IMG/VR virus record: IMGVR_UViG_3300030108_006260
Span: 124,001 to 188,000 of that record
Direction: 5' to 3' (one strand)
DNA length: 64,000 nt
Shown: positions 19,620 to 28,541 of the stretch, piece after piece
Position numbering within the stretch: position 1 is the first letter of the stretch
Layout: the number at the start of each line of letters is the position of its first letter
Translations under genes and position numbers: made by a program
Notes under the pieces: generated by a model
Databases searched by the model: none
The model's input: the letters and a program-made list of their open reading frames with translations, nothing else
What the model was told of the DNA's origin: nothing

Positions 19620-22600
19620 CAGGTGCTTCCCTTGCTGAATCCGTAGATGTTGTCGAGCCACTCCCCGAGGAGCACATGCTCGGCATCTGTGAGGATGCGA
19701 TCGAAGATGAACGTCTGGCCCATATCGACGCCGGAGTCGAGAGTTGTACCGTCCGGGTCAGCGAGGATTGACCATCCGTAGCTGCCGTTGTAGATGAAGC
19801 TCCCTCGCATCGAGAGGTCCTCCGCCACGCTCCCGCGCAAGACACCATCCTCATATACCGCTGCGGTGTGTGCCTCGGCGTTATACTCGCCACGGTAATA
19901 AATGGGGGCTGTGGATGTCTTGGCGTTCACACTGGAAGGGCCGGCGCCTGATGACTCTTCCACTTGGATCAAAACGTTGGTCGCGTTGGTGCGGAAGCGG
20001 TAACCGGCACCCGAGCCAACACGGTTGCTGATCAAGACGCCATTGGTTCCCGAGCTTACGGCTGCGACAGTGACGGTCGTATAGCTGGTGCCTCCTCGCC
20101 GGTTGAGACGACCAGTACGGACCTCTTCGAGGAAACCAGTGCCATCGGAGGTGAACGTCGGGAGGTTGTTGAACGCAGCCGTGGTAGCATCCAGACCAAG
20201 GCGGGTGCCGGCGTCCGTCTGCTCAAAGTGGTTGCCATACAGCGAGCGATCAGGTGCAAAGTCCACACCCCCGTCCAGGGTTGCGTAGGCAGGGTCTATC
20301 CAAGCCACCAGCCCTTGGATCATCAGGGGGTTCCAGTCCAGAGCGAAAGCCTGCTGGTACTCCAGCATCTTTGCGGCGAGCTGGTTGGGCGTGAGCGCAC
20401 CCGCAAAGCCGTCAATCAAGCGGATATTACCTATCACCTGCCGTGTGCTGTTCGCTCCAGCGAGGGCGTTACCGATCACGGGAGTCGTGTTTTGCCCGAC
20501 TGCTTGACTACTCCAGCCCGTGCCGTCCTCGTGGTAGGTGTCCGAGTTCTGGATCAAGAGCGTGTGCCCCTGGTAGGTGACTTTATCCTCGATGTCGTGG
20601 TTGAACACGAGAATGCTCTCTGTCGACGCGGTGTCGATGTCTGAGTCGATGAACGAGCCGTAGTAGCCACCAACGACGGGGGTGGGCTGTGTCGAGTCGT
20701 TGATGCTAGACAAGATCATGCTGCCTGCCGTGATCACACGATGGTCATCAGTGCCGTCTGCTGGGTCCGGCTCCATGACGGCCAGCAGCGTCGCAGTGCC
20801 GCCTCCTCGCTGGGCTGTGTTGCTCGTGAGATCCTGCACCGTTCCACGATCGAAGTACATGGCGTCGCCGCCATCGGCGAAGTAGCCAGCAGAGTATGCG
20901 GGGCCTGCCGTTGCGGGGGTCCATGTAGCGTCGCCCTGACGCGCACGGTCAGGGATCGAGGTGATGATGTTGCTGCCATCGTAGGATGCATCCTCGGCGT
21001 ACACCGAGAGCATCGGGTAGTCCTGGACGAATCCATCAGCTACGAGGTCTTCGTAATACTGTGAGATCTCTTCCTGCGACTGGGCGTAGCTAACGCATGC
21101 GACCTTACCAATCCGTCCGCGGTACTGACGAGACGTTGCGAAGCTGGCGTATCCGCCACCGATGCCGAGGTCTCCACCGAAGTCCGCGTCCTCGCCTTCC
21201 CCAACGTTGACTCCGCAAGTGCCCACGAACTCGCCATCCACGTAGATGCGAGCGATACCGTTGGTGCCCCGAACGACAGACAGGAGACATGCGCTGGTAG
21301 GCATGCGGAGTGGATTGCCAATGTGATCATCAGCTTCACGGAAGCTGCCGTCATAGATGCCGACACAGAGGTCGTTGTCGTAGGCGCTTTGGATGATGAA
21401 ACGACCGGACTGCATGTCGATTACGCGCAGGTCGTCGTCGTACTTCTCCGTCTGCAAGAGCATGTGCCACGTCCGGCCGCCCATGGGGTGATCGTTTAGC
21501 GTGCCGAAGAAGTCGACCGCCGTAGCGTCCCAGTACATCGCGGGGAAGTCATCGCCAAACACGTTGGCTTCGTAGAACGGACCCGAGAGGCTTGCACCGC
21601 CGGTGAACACAACACCCGTTGCGCGGTCGATGACCTCGGTGATCTCGCCAGACGTAACGGTGGCGTCACGTGCATCGACGTCGAGGATCGGCGAACGACC
21701 ATCGGTGTGCCAGTGTCCCCACCCATACGCACGTGCCATAAGCCTCTCAGTCTCGGTCAGCTCGCGGGAGAAGATCGTGGTCTGGCACCACTCCATGTTC
21801 GGAGTGCGGTTGTCTGTGGGGATGGCGAAGCGCTGGTTGTTGGGGTGGCCGGTTGCAGCAGGGCTGCCTGTGCCTTCATTGCCAAGGAAATCAAACGTCC
21901 CGGCAGAACCATCCCATGACCCGATGAAGGATGCGGCGTGTCGCTTCGTAGTGTGCGCCCCGCCATTCGTGGCCTCTGGGTAGAAGATGACCTGGGTTGG
22001 CGTCTCTCGGATCTGCGGGTAGTTGCTATTGCCGTTGTACTGAATCCAACGCGCAGCGTTCTCTTCGGCCACTACGCGGCCGTAGTAACAGACGCTGAAC
22101 GCGTTGAGCGTACCACCTACGTCGAGGGCATCGATGCGGTACTCGTTACCCGTACCGCCTCCGTCTGGCTGAAATCGCACGTACGGCCGGCCGCTAGAGC
22201 CGAACCCGCTCATCAGCTGCGCCGTGTTGGTTCCAACATCGAGCAAATCGTTGCCGTTGACGGTGCCCGTAAGCTCGTCGACATCCGTGCCCGTAACCAC
22301 AACGTTCTCCGCATCCCACGACTCGATGCAGTCGCTCCATTCTTGCGGTGCGCTGTCAACATTGGGGAAGTTGCGCTTGATCGCTGCACGCACATCGGCA
22401 CGCTTCGCGGCATCATGGAGCCCATCATAGATGGCCAAAAATCGGAACTTAGTGCTCCACGTCTGAGCGGTGTCGAGGCCACCGATGGAGACGTAAGTCG
22501 AGCCCGCCAACGCTGACTGCCATACGCCAGCATATTCGGCGTGGCCATCGTCTTGGATCAAGACGCTATCGTGGTATCCACGGCGATCGCCGACGCTGTC

Positions 22601-23269
22601 CTTGCCGCTAAGGGTGTAAACGTTGAGGTCCATCGCGGACGGAGGCACGACACCGAATGAGTTGTACCCCGACGTCAGCACCTGAGCGTTGCCCGTGCTT
22701 GCGACACACAGCGCCAATCGGTTGCTGCTCTGGTACAGCTCACCAATGAACTCGCGTGAGGCATAGCTCGCAGCGTTGTCCACGAGGCAGTACACGGTGT
22801 ACTCACCTGACGTGTACTCCGGGACGATGTTGGCGTTCGCGGCCTTCAGCGTGCCTGCACCCACAAAGCTAACGTAAGCTCCTTCGCTGTCCGTGCCTGT
22901 GGTCGGGCTTGCTCCCGATTCTGTGAGCGTGTAGCTGTACTCGGAGCGGCTGGGGATGCCGGAAAAGGCTACGTAATCTGTAGCGTCCGCCCACACAAGC
23001 GCATTGCTCTTGATCGTACCCGTGACGTCAGTGTTGCCGCCTGAGGTTGCCGTGATCGTATCGCCCACCGTGATCGCAGGGATGACAATGATCGAGCCTG
23101 TGCCCAGTACCTCAGAGTCCGACGTGCGGGTCCAGGTGTAGTTGGACCCATCGCCTCCGGAAGCCGTAAGTGTCTCGCCCTCGGTTTCGGTTCCGCTAAT
23201 CGTAACTGGCCCTGCGGCAGCAACTTCTCCACCGCCAATGAGGCCCGCAAGCTGTCCAGGGTAGATCAT
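19619..23269 (-). CDS. Putative receptor-binding adhesin: Ig-like N-domain plus about five tandem LamG/ConA-like domains, GC-rich
   Basis: Repeating units open with W/L-D-A-x-D-like segments and close with 'IYDG/IFSR/IFDR...LT..E...' helices. Spot GC is 38/60 at 21121-21180 versus 27/60 at 10801-10860. Confidence 0.75.
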   Translation of the reverse strand: MIYPGQLAGLIGGGEVAAAGPVTISGTETEGETLTASGGDGSNYTWTRTSDSEVLGTGSIIVIPAITVGDTITATSGGNTDVTGTIKSNALVWADATDYVAFSGIPSRSEYSYTLTESGASPTTGTDSEGAYVSFVGAGTLKAANANIVPEYTSGEYTVYCLVDNAASYASREFIGELYQSSNRLALCVASTGNAQVLTSGYNSFGVVPPSAMDLNVYTLSGKDSVGDRRGYHDSVLIQDDGHAEYAGVWQSALAGSTYVSIGGLDTAQTWSTKFRFLAIYDGLHDAAKRADVRAAIKRNFPNVDSAPQEWSDCIESWDAENVVVTGTDVDELTGTVNGNDLLDVGTNTAQLMSGFGSSGRPYVRFQPDGGGTGNEYRIDALDVGGTLNAFSVCYYGRVVAEENAARWIQYNGNSNYPQIRETPTQVIFYPEATNGGAHTTKRHAASFIGSWDGSAGTFDFLGNEGTGSPAATGHPNNQRFAIPTDNRTPNMEWCQTTIFSRELTETERLMARAYGWGHWHTDGRSPILDVDARDATVTSGEITEVIDRATGVVFTGGASLSGPFYEANVFGDDFPAMYWDATAVDFFGTLNDHPMGGRTWHMLLQTEKYDDDLRVIDMQSGRFIIQSAYDNDLCVGIYDGSFREADDHIGNPLRMPTSACLLSVVRGTNGIARIYVDGEFVGTCGVNVGEGEDADFGGDLGIGGGYASFATSRQYRGRIGKVACVSYAQSQEEISQYYEDLVADGFVQDYPMLSVYAEDASYDGSNIITSIPDRARQGDATWTPATAGPAYSAGYFADGGDAMYFDRGTVQDLTSNTAQRGGGTATLLAVMEPDPADGTDDHRVITAGSMILSSINDSTQPTPVVGGYYGSFIDSDIDTASTESILVFNHDIEDKVTYQGHTLLIQNSDTYHEDGTGWSSQAVGQNTTPVIGNALAGANSTRQVIGNIRLIDGFAGALTPNQLAAKMLEYQQAFALDWNPLMIQGLVAWIDPAYATLDGGVDFAPDRSLYGNHFEQTDAGTRLGLDATTAAFNNLPTFTSDGTGFLEEVRTGRLNRRGGTSYTTVTVAAVSSGTNGVLISNRVGSGAGYRFRTNATNVLIQVEESSGAGPSSVNAKTSTAPIYYRGEYNAEAHTAAVYEDGVLRGSVAEDLSMRGSFIYNGSYGWSILADPDGTTLDSGVDMGQTFIFDRILTDAEHVLLGEWLDNIYGFSKGST

Positions 23270-26200
23270 GGTGTATACGTGAAGTCGCCAGAAATGGCAA
23301 CGTCTCCTGATCCATAGTAGAAAAACGTTACGGCTGTGTTACGGCTCACGTGGCTGTACGATCCTATGGACGAGTTCTGTGCCTCACCTCCGTGAATTGT
23401 GACCCCTACTCCTGCAACAAAAGTGACTTCCAAACCTGCGTTGGCGATCCAATGTACATAAGATGTTCCTGCGGTGCCCGACTCTATAGTGATGCTTCGT
23501 GTAAGATCTGTCCCTGTATGGACAACCCACTGGTTGTTGTTACTGTCATTCAGGGCGTCGGTACCTCCTGCATATGCTGTGTCATCAATGTCAAGCACCT
23601 CCATTCGGATGTCAGCTTTAGAGGCCAACTTGGTGTCCGTGTCGTCCCGGACCTCGACTATTGCTGCCTGGACATCTGTGGAGGTGATATCTCCATCTGG
23701 GTCGAACACCAGCGAGTCGGCATCTGTCGTGTCAGTGTCTGTAATGACAAGCTGGGCGATTCCTCCCCCTAGGGGGTTTGACACAACTACACCTGATCCA
23801 CTAACATAAAAAGACGTTGCTTGTATTACAGTCTCTCCTCCCTCAAGAGGACTTTGCCCATTTACTACATTGATATATTCAATCTTACTATCGTCAGGAG
23901 AAACCTGAATGGCCCATACCCTCGTGGAGGTCTCCCATACAATCTTCCAAACTACGTCTCCTGTAACACTAGTGGCTTTGAGTATGGTTCCACCATCCAG
24001 TGTAGTAGCTGTGACTCCAGATCCGTCATCAAGGTCATATCCGGCTGTTCCCTGTATGTGTACGTAGCACCAGTCTCCCGCAGTTCCGGCGTCGACAGTA
24101 ATGGAAACGTCAGGACCGTCGTCATTTGCAGTGTAAACTCTGTATGTGGCACGAGTAGTATCATCAATAGTGTCTGATGTTCCTGATACCGACACTACAG
24201 TTAGAGCAGTCTCCGTTCCAGGAAACTCTTGTCCAGAATTGAAAACAATGTCCCCAGTCATGGTACCGCCTGTCCTCATAAGAGCACCAGCAGTAGTAAC
24301 ATTTGCAGTGTCAGTTACATCAGCACCTGGTTCGATTGTGTCCAGCTTGGACCCATCCACAGACAGGTCCCTACCATCAAATGTCTGGGCACCACTGAAG
24401 GTAATGTTACCTGTCATAGTGCCGCCAGTTAGCATAAGAGCGCCTGCGGCAGTTACGTTGGCAGTGTCCGTTACATCAGCCCCGGTTTCAATGGAATCCA
24501 GTTTAGATCCATCTACAGACAGGTCCCTACCATCGAATGTCTGAGCACCACTGAAGGTAATATTACCTGTCATGGTACCTCCGGTGCGCATAAGAGCACC
24601 TGCGGAGGTAACATTAGCAGTATCGGTCACATCAGCACCAGATTCGATGCCGCTTAGTTTTGATACATTTGCGTCGTGGGCTGTCTTGTCTGCCGCACTC
24701 ATGAAGCCTGCGGCACCCGTGGTAGCTACTGCGTGCTGCGTTCCTCCTCCTCGCGTGCCGTGTTGGGAGTCGCTTGCTAATATTCCTACCTGTATGTCAT
24801 TTGCATTAACTGCTATAGATCCGTCTGCATTGGCTATTACGTTTAGGGTACGATCAGTAGAAAGTGTCCCTCCTCCCGTAAGACCTGCCCCCGCAATAAT
24901 TTGCGTGGATGTGTCTACTTTTGAGGAAAGTTTAGTGTCAGTGTCGTCCCGTACCTCTACGAGGGCATCCTGGACATTGGTAGATGTAATGTCCCCGTCA
25001 GGGTCGAACACTATGAGGTCAGCGTCAGTTGTTCCGCCTCCACCCACAGATGCTATTGCAGAGTCTATAGTATCAAGTATAGACTGCAAGTCATCAACGG
25101 CAGATCCACCTATTGTGGTCCAAGAAGGGTCGTCATACACTCCTACTGCGTATGAACCTGCTGTTACAGCACCAGTAGCATTGAGTTGAACACTGGGATT
25201 GCCTGACGCCCCTACCACTTCTGTATGGAAAAGTGTAGTAGGTATAGAAGAGGTGCCAACGGTTATAGAGGCAGTGTCTGACTGTCCTATCTGAATGTCA
25301 CCATTAGTAGAGGTTCCGGTTCCAGCTCTGATGACGGTATCACCTCCTGTGGAGGACCCTCCTGTGGCATCACCTGCTTGTAATATTAGACTTCCGGCAG
25401 TGGAGGACGCAAAAGTAGTATCTCCACCTTGAACAGTAAGAGACCCTCCATCGGATGAGGTAGACGAACCACCCGACAATAGGATGTCAGTCCCATTTAG
25501 ACCTAGTAAGGAGGTGGATGTGAGATTTAGAGAAGAGGTCCCGTCCGCTACTGATAAAGCAACACTACTAGAGGGAATGGTAAGATCAATTGCAGGACCC
25601 GTGGTTGATCCTCCCATAATGATATTAAGGGCATTTCCAGATCCTGTCGCTGTCCTGTTTAGGGATAGAAGATCGAATCCAGCAACACCTCCATCATTAA
25701 AAATTAGGGGATCTGAGGACGGTACATCCGCTTCATTGTCTGTAGGGGCAGAAGTTATGACTGTATTGAGATCGGAGGCAGCAACAACGGAAGTAGGTAC
25801 CTGAGACCAATCTGTAGCGGGTGCTCCAGTCTTTATCCAGGCAGTTCCGTTTGAAGCAAACGCAAAGCTACCAGCATTGGCCTGAATGCCTGTGCCAGCT
25901 CCCGGATCTGACACCGTTGTAATTATGGATAGGTTAGGTATACCACCGGCACTAGAGGATAGCAGAATGGGTGAAGAGGCGGCAGGAGCACCACCAACAC
26001 CAGAGTCGGAAGTAGGAGCAGAGTTGACAGTAAGTACTCCCGTACGAGATATTGTCATTCTCTCGTTAGCAGCACCTGCTCCACTTCTCCATGCTGCAAT
26101 ATTTGTAGCAGACCCTGACTGAGTTAAATCCGAAGCAGCACCAGATCCAGAAGAGTTTACGGATAGACCAACGCCTGTAGAACTAGCGCCCATGGTGACA

Positions 26201-26979
26201 CTTAGGCCCGACCCTCCTACTGATGAAGACGGACTCTTGTTCAACTCTAGAAGGTTGTGTGTGCCAGTTCCGTCCGTGTGAGCTATAGACAGTGCCGTGT
26301 CTAAGGCAGATGTGTCTATAGACTGTCCCTGATCATAAGCATCTTGAAGGTCTATAACGGGGGCAGCACCCACTGTAGTGATGAACTTCTCCCAGTCGGT
26401 AGCAAGTGCCCCTGTCTTCATCCATAGAGACCCATCCAAGTTAAGAAGAAGGGAGCCTTTAGGCGCAGGAAACCCTGTTGCATCTGGATCACCTGTGCCT
26501 GTTCCTATTAGAATATGGGCTGTTCCGTTTGAACCGAAAGAAGGGGTGTCTGAGGGGTCCAGTATAAGGCCAGCGGAGTAACTGAAGTCAGTAGAGTTAT
26601 CGGACCAACCCCGTGCCAATGTCGTAGTATCAGAAGAATCTCCCCCCAGAACAACACTAGAGTTTATGATGTGAGGGCCACCTGATAGGTTAACTGCCCC
26701 TTGTACTTCTAGGTCACCCGATAGGATCCAGTCTCCATCAAATGTTCCTACAAAAGTACCGGCCACATTAGATATGTCCAAAATGGAGTTAGCAGCTCCA
26801 TCTTGTAGATCAAACAAAGTCCCCCCAGGACCTATTGCAAGGACAGGACTTATGGTAAAAGGAGTAGAGCCTCCCGAGGGACGGTAGGTACTCATGAGTA
26901 GAGCGTCAGATGTAGGGTTAGCCTGGCGCTGAGTAGTGATAGTAGGTATGTTTATACCTAGGAACTTTAAATCAGCCAT
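23266..26979 (-). CDS. Long modular tail fibre protein (1237 aa)
   Basis: G/T/S-rich with internal repeats (GSL..N..G..W.KTGA.ATDW x2; 52-aa GADVTDTANVT repeats x3; DAD..VFDPDGDITST module x2) and a C-terminal adapter-like domain ending VAISGDFTYTP. Confidence 0.85.
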   Translation of the reverse strand: MADLKFLGINIPTITTQRQANPTSDALLMSTYRPSGGSTPFTISPVLAIGPGGTLFDLQDGAANSILDISNVAGTFVGTFDGDWILSGDLEVQGAVNLSGGPHIINSSVVLGGDSSDTTTLARGWSDNSTDFSYSAGLILDPSDTPSFGSNGTAHILIGTGTGDPDATGFPAPKGSLLLNLDGSLWMKTGALATDWEKFITTVGAAPVIDLQDAYDQGQSIDTSALDTALSIAHTDGTGTHNLLELNKSPSSSVGGSGLSVTMGASSTGVGLSVNSSGSGAASDLTQSGSATNIAAWRSGAGAANERMTISRTGVLTVNSAPTSDSGVGGAPAASSPILLSSSAGGIPNLSIITTVSDPGAGTGIQANAGSFAFASNGTAWIKTGAPATDWSQVPTSVVAASDLNTVITSAPTDNEADVPSSDPLIFNDGGVAGFDLLSLNRTATGSGNALNIIMGGSTTGPAIDLTIPSSSVALSVADGTSSLNLTSTSLLGLNGTDILLSGGSSTSSDGGSLTVQGGDTTFASSTAGSLILQAGDATGGSSTGGDTVIRAGTGTSTNGDIQIGQSDTASITVGTSSIPTTLFHTEVVGASGNPSVQLNATGAVTAGSYAVGVYDDPSWTTIGGSAVDDLQSILDTIDSAIASVGGGGTTDADLIVFDPDGDITSTNVQDALVEVRDDTDTKLSSKVDTSTQIIAGAGLTGGGTLSTDRTLNVIANADGSIAVNANDIQVGILASDSQHGTRGGGTQHAVATTGAAGFMSAADKTAHDANVSKLSGIESGADVTDTANVTSAGALMRTGGTMTGNITFSGAQTFDGRDLSVDGSKLDSIETGADVTDTANVTAAGALMLTGGTMTGNITFSGAQTFDGRDLSVDGSKLDTIEPGADVTDTANVTTAGALMRTGGTMTGDIVFNSGQEFPGTETALTVVSVSGTSDTIDDTTRATYRVYTANDDGPDVSITVDAGTAGDWCYVHIQGTAGYDLDDGSGVTATTLDGGTILKATSVTGDVVWKIVWETSTRVWAIQVSPDDSKIEYINVVNGQSPLEGGETVIQATSFYVSGSGVVVSNPLGGGIAQLVITDTDTTDADSLVFDPDGDITSTDVQAAIVEVRDDTDTKLASKADIRMEVLDIDDTAYAGGTDALNDSNNNQWVVHTGTDLTRSITIESGTAGTSYVHWIANAGLEVTFVAGVGVTIHGGEAQNSSIGSYSHVSRNTAVTFFYYGSGDVAISGDFTYTP
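24229..24700. repeat. Three imperfect 156-bp (52-aa) tandem repeats in the tail fibre
   Basis: AGACAGGTCCCTACCATC occurs at 24361 and 24517 (period 156). Differences between copies are mostly synonymous. Confidence 0.85.
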
Positions 26980-27025
26980 GAAGTCCTACTGCGGGTCTAA
27001 GGGGTACCATATCCCTCTATATTTA

Positions 27026-27055
27026 AGGTTATCGATAACCTGAACTAAGTCAGGT
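27026..27055. promoter_or_regulatory. Perfect 16-bp palindrome overlapping a second hairpin, upstream of the fibre gene
   Basis: AGGTTATCGATAACCT (27026-41) and ACCTGA-N6-TCAGGT (27038-55). On the minus strand TAAATATAG follows. Confidence 0.5.
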
Positions 27056-27060
27056 CATGA

Positions 27061-27456
27061 CTAGTTTGTGGTCAGACCCACAATAACTGCACTTCCTGCT
27101 ACCCCAAGTACAAGACCTAACCCAAACATAAACCAGGTACCGTTTTTATCCCACCAGGACTCTGTGGATAAAGAATCTATCCTAGAACGTTGTTCCTCTA
27201 TGAACTCTTCATAGAGACGTGCCTCCAGTTGAAGCTGGCTCCTCAGAAGCGAGTTTTCTTGAGTCAGGCGAGGAACAGCCGCATCATTTTCTAAGGAGAG
27301 GATGAAATCCTCCTCTGTCATCAATATTCCAGAAAAGGGAGCAGGTGACCCTTCTGCTAGAGGTGACGTAAGACGAGGGCCATCTTGTGCTAATGCAAAA
27401 GATGGTATGAGAAAAAAAAGCAGTAAGTAAGATATAAAAGTCTTCAAGGGTTCCAC
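27061..27456 (-). CDS. Signal-peptide plus coiled-coil plus C-terminal TM protein (spanin-like)
   Basis: N-terminal signal ending ALA-Q, GSPAPFSGILM motif, coiled coil, then WWDK followed by a TM helix. Confidence 0.5.
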   Translation of the reverse strand: MEPLKTFISYLLLFFLIPSFALAQDGPRLTSPLAEGSPAPFSGILMTEEDFILSLENDAAVPRLTQENSLLRSQLQLEARLYEEFIEEQRSRIDSLSTESWWDKNGTWFMFGLGLVLGVAGSAVIVGLTTN

Positions 27457-27794
27457 CAGTCTGGCTTAGCTACACCAACATCCTTAGGATGGGGTCCCTT
27501 ACGCCTCTCTTTATGAGGAAGCGCTCCTACTGGGAATCCTGTGAAGGAAGCGGACGAGTCATCGTCTTCTGCTTCTTCAACTTCCTGGTCATCATCCTCA
27601 CTAGATGATTCCTCTTCATCAAATGGATAGTTACCAGACTCTATATCTTCCTCAAGACCGTCATCTATAAGTTTAATTGTGTCAGTTGCTGCTAATAGCA
27701 CAGACGCCCTAAAAAGCCTACGTGCAATAACATGATAGCCCCTATCATGGGCAACCTTTGCTACTTTTTCTAATTTCAGACTAACTTTAATCAT
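27444..27794 (-). CDS. Hypothetical protein with acidic tract (116 aa)
   Basis: Coupled ORF. Confidence 0.65.
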   Translation of the reverse strand: MIKVSLKLEKVAKVAHDRGYHVIARRLFRASVLLAATDTIKLIDDGLEEDIESGNYPFDEEESSSEDDDQEVEEAEDDDSSASFTGFPVGALPHKERRKGPHPKDVGVAKPDWWNP

Positions 27795-28273
27795 TTATCA
27801 GTAAAATCTTCTTCTAAGTCAACAGGGGGATACGAAGGCATGGGGTCTGGCATATGGTCGGGAGGGTATTCTCCTGGTCTAACAGACTCACCAGGGAGAG
27901 ATAGGACAACTCCCTGCCTCTTTGCGTAAGATTTCATAAAGTTCCACGAGAACAAAGAAGCAACACCTGCGCCTGCAAAGTATCCTACACTAGCGGAAAT
28001 AGGCCAAGAAGGGTCACTGAACTCTGGATTTGACCAAATAAGTCCTAGTAGTGCACCACTTATAATTGGATGTAGAGACAGTGTCTCCCTTCCCCACCAC
28101 CAAAACCACTGATTTTCCCATGGCCATTTACCCTTAGCAACGGTATAAGCACGCTTACGAGTAAAAAGTTTAGTACTAGTAAAACGACCAATAATAGTAA
28201 AGGCAAGCATCACGACCAAGAAAGGCCAGTGAGGCAAAATGTTTTCAGAAATAAATAGCCAGGTTTCTTCCAT
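27791..28273 (-). CDS. Membrane protein with about 3 TM segments, possibly a holin
   Basis: Three hydrophobic segments, adjacent to the spanin-like gene. Confidence 0.45.
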   Translation of the reverse strand: MEETWLFISENILPHWPFLVVMLAFTIIGRFTSTKLFTRKRAYTVAKGKWPWENQWFWWWGRETLSLHPIISGALLGLIWSNPEFSDPSWPISASVGYFAGAGVASLFSWNFMKSYAKRQGVVLSLPGESVRPGEYPPDHMPDPMPSYPPVDLEEDFTDK

Positions 28274-28274
28274 G

Positions 28275-28541
28275 TCAGCTAGTCCAAGTTGCAGTTACAT
28301 CCCAAACATAATATTTTTGTCCACCCGATAAAACGCTAACAGAGACAAAAGAACAAGATAAGGAAGAAGTAAGCGGTACGTCTATATCAATTTTTATTGT
28401 ATCAGCTAAATCTGATAAGAGGTACGCACACGGGTCGGAGTAAGTGTTAAACGTCTCTTGTGTAACCTGTACAGTACGAACACAGGTAGTGTCACCTAAG
28501 ACATAGGTAGTTCTAGAACTTGGGGAGGAAGAGCAGGTCAT
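28275..28541 (-). CDS. Hypothetical protein (88 aa)
   Basis: Coupled ORF. Confidence 0.6.
   Translation of the reverse strand: MTCSSSPSSRTTYVLGDTTCVRTVQVTQETFNTYSDPCAYLLSDLADTIKIDIDVPLTSSLSCSFVSVSVLSGGQKYYVWDVTATWTS

Noticed and set aside
19266-22548. Numerous + strand ORFs (e.g. 19964-20644, 21938-22516) over the GC-rich cassette
   Set aside because: They are antisense shadows of the 1216-aa gene, expected from high GC, with no recognisable motifs.
23266-25035. Diversity-generating retroelement (TR/VR pair) in the fibre repeats
   Set aside because: The repeat copies differ mostly at synonymous positions of all base types, not specifically at adenines, and no reverse transcriptase is present in the window.
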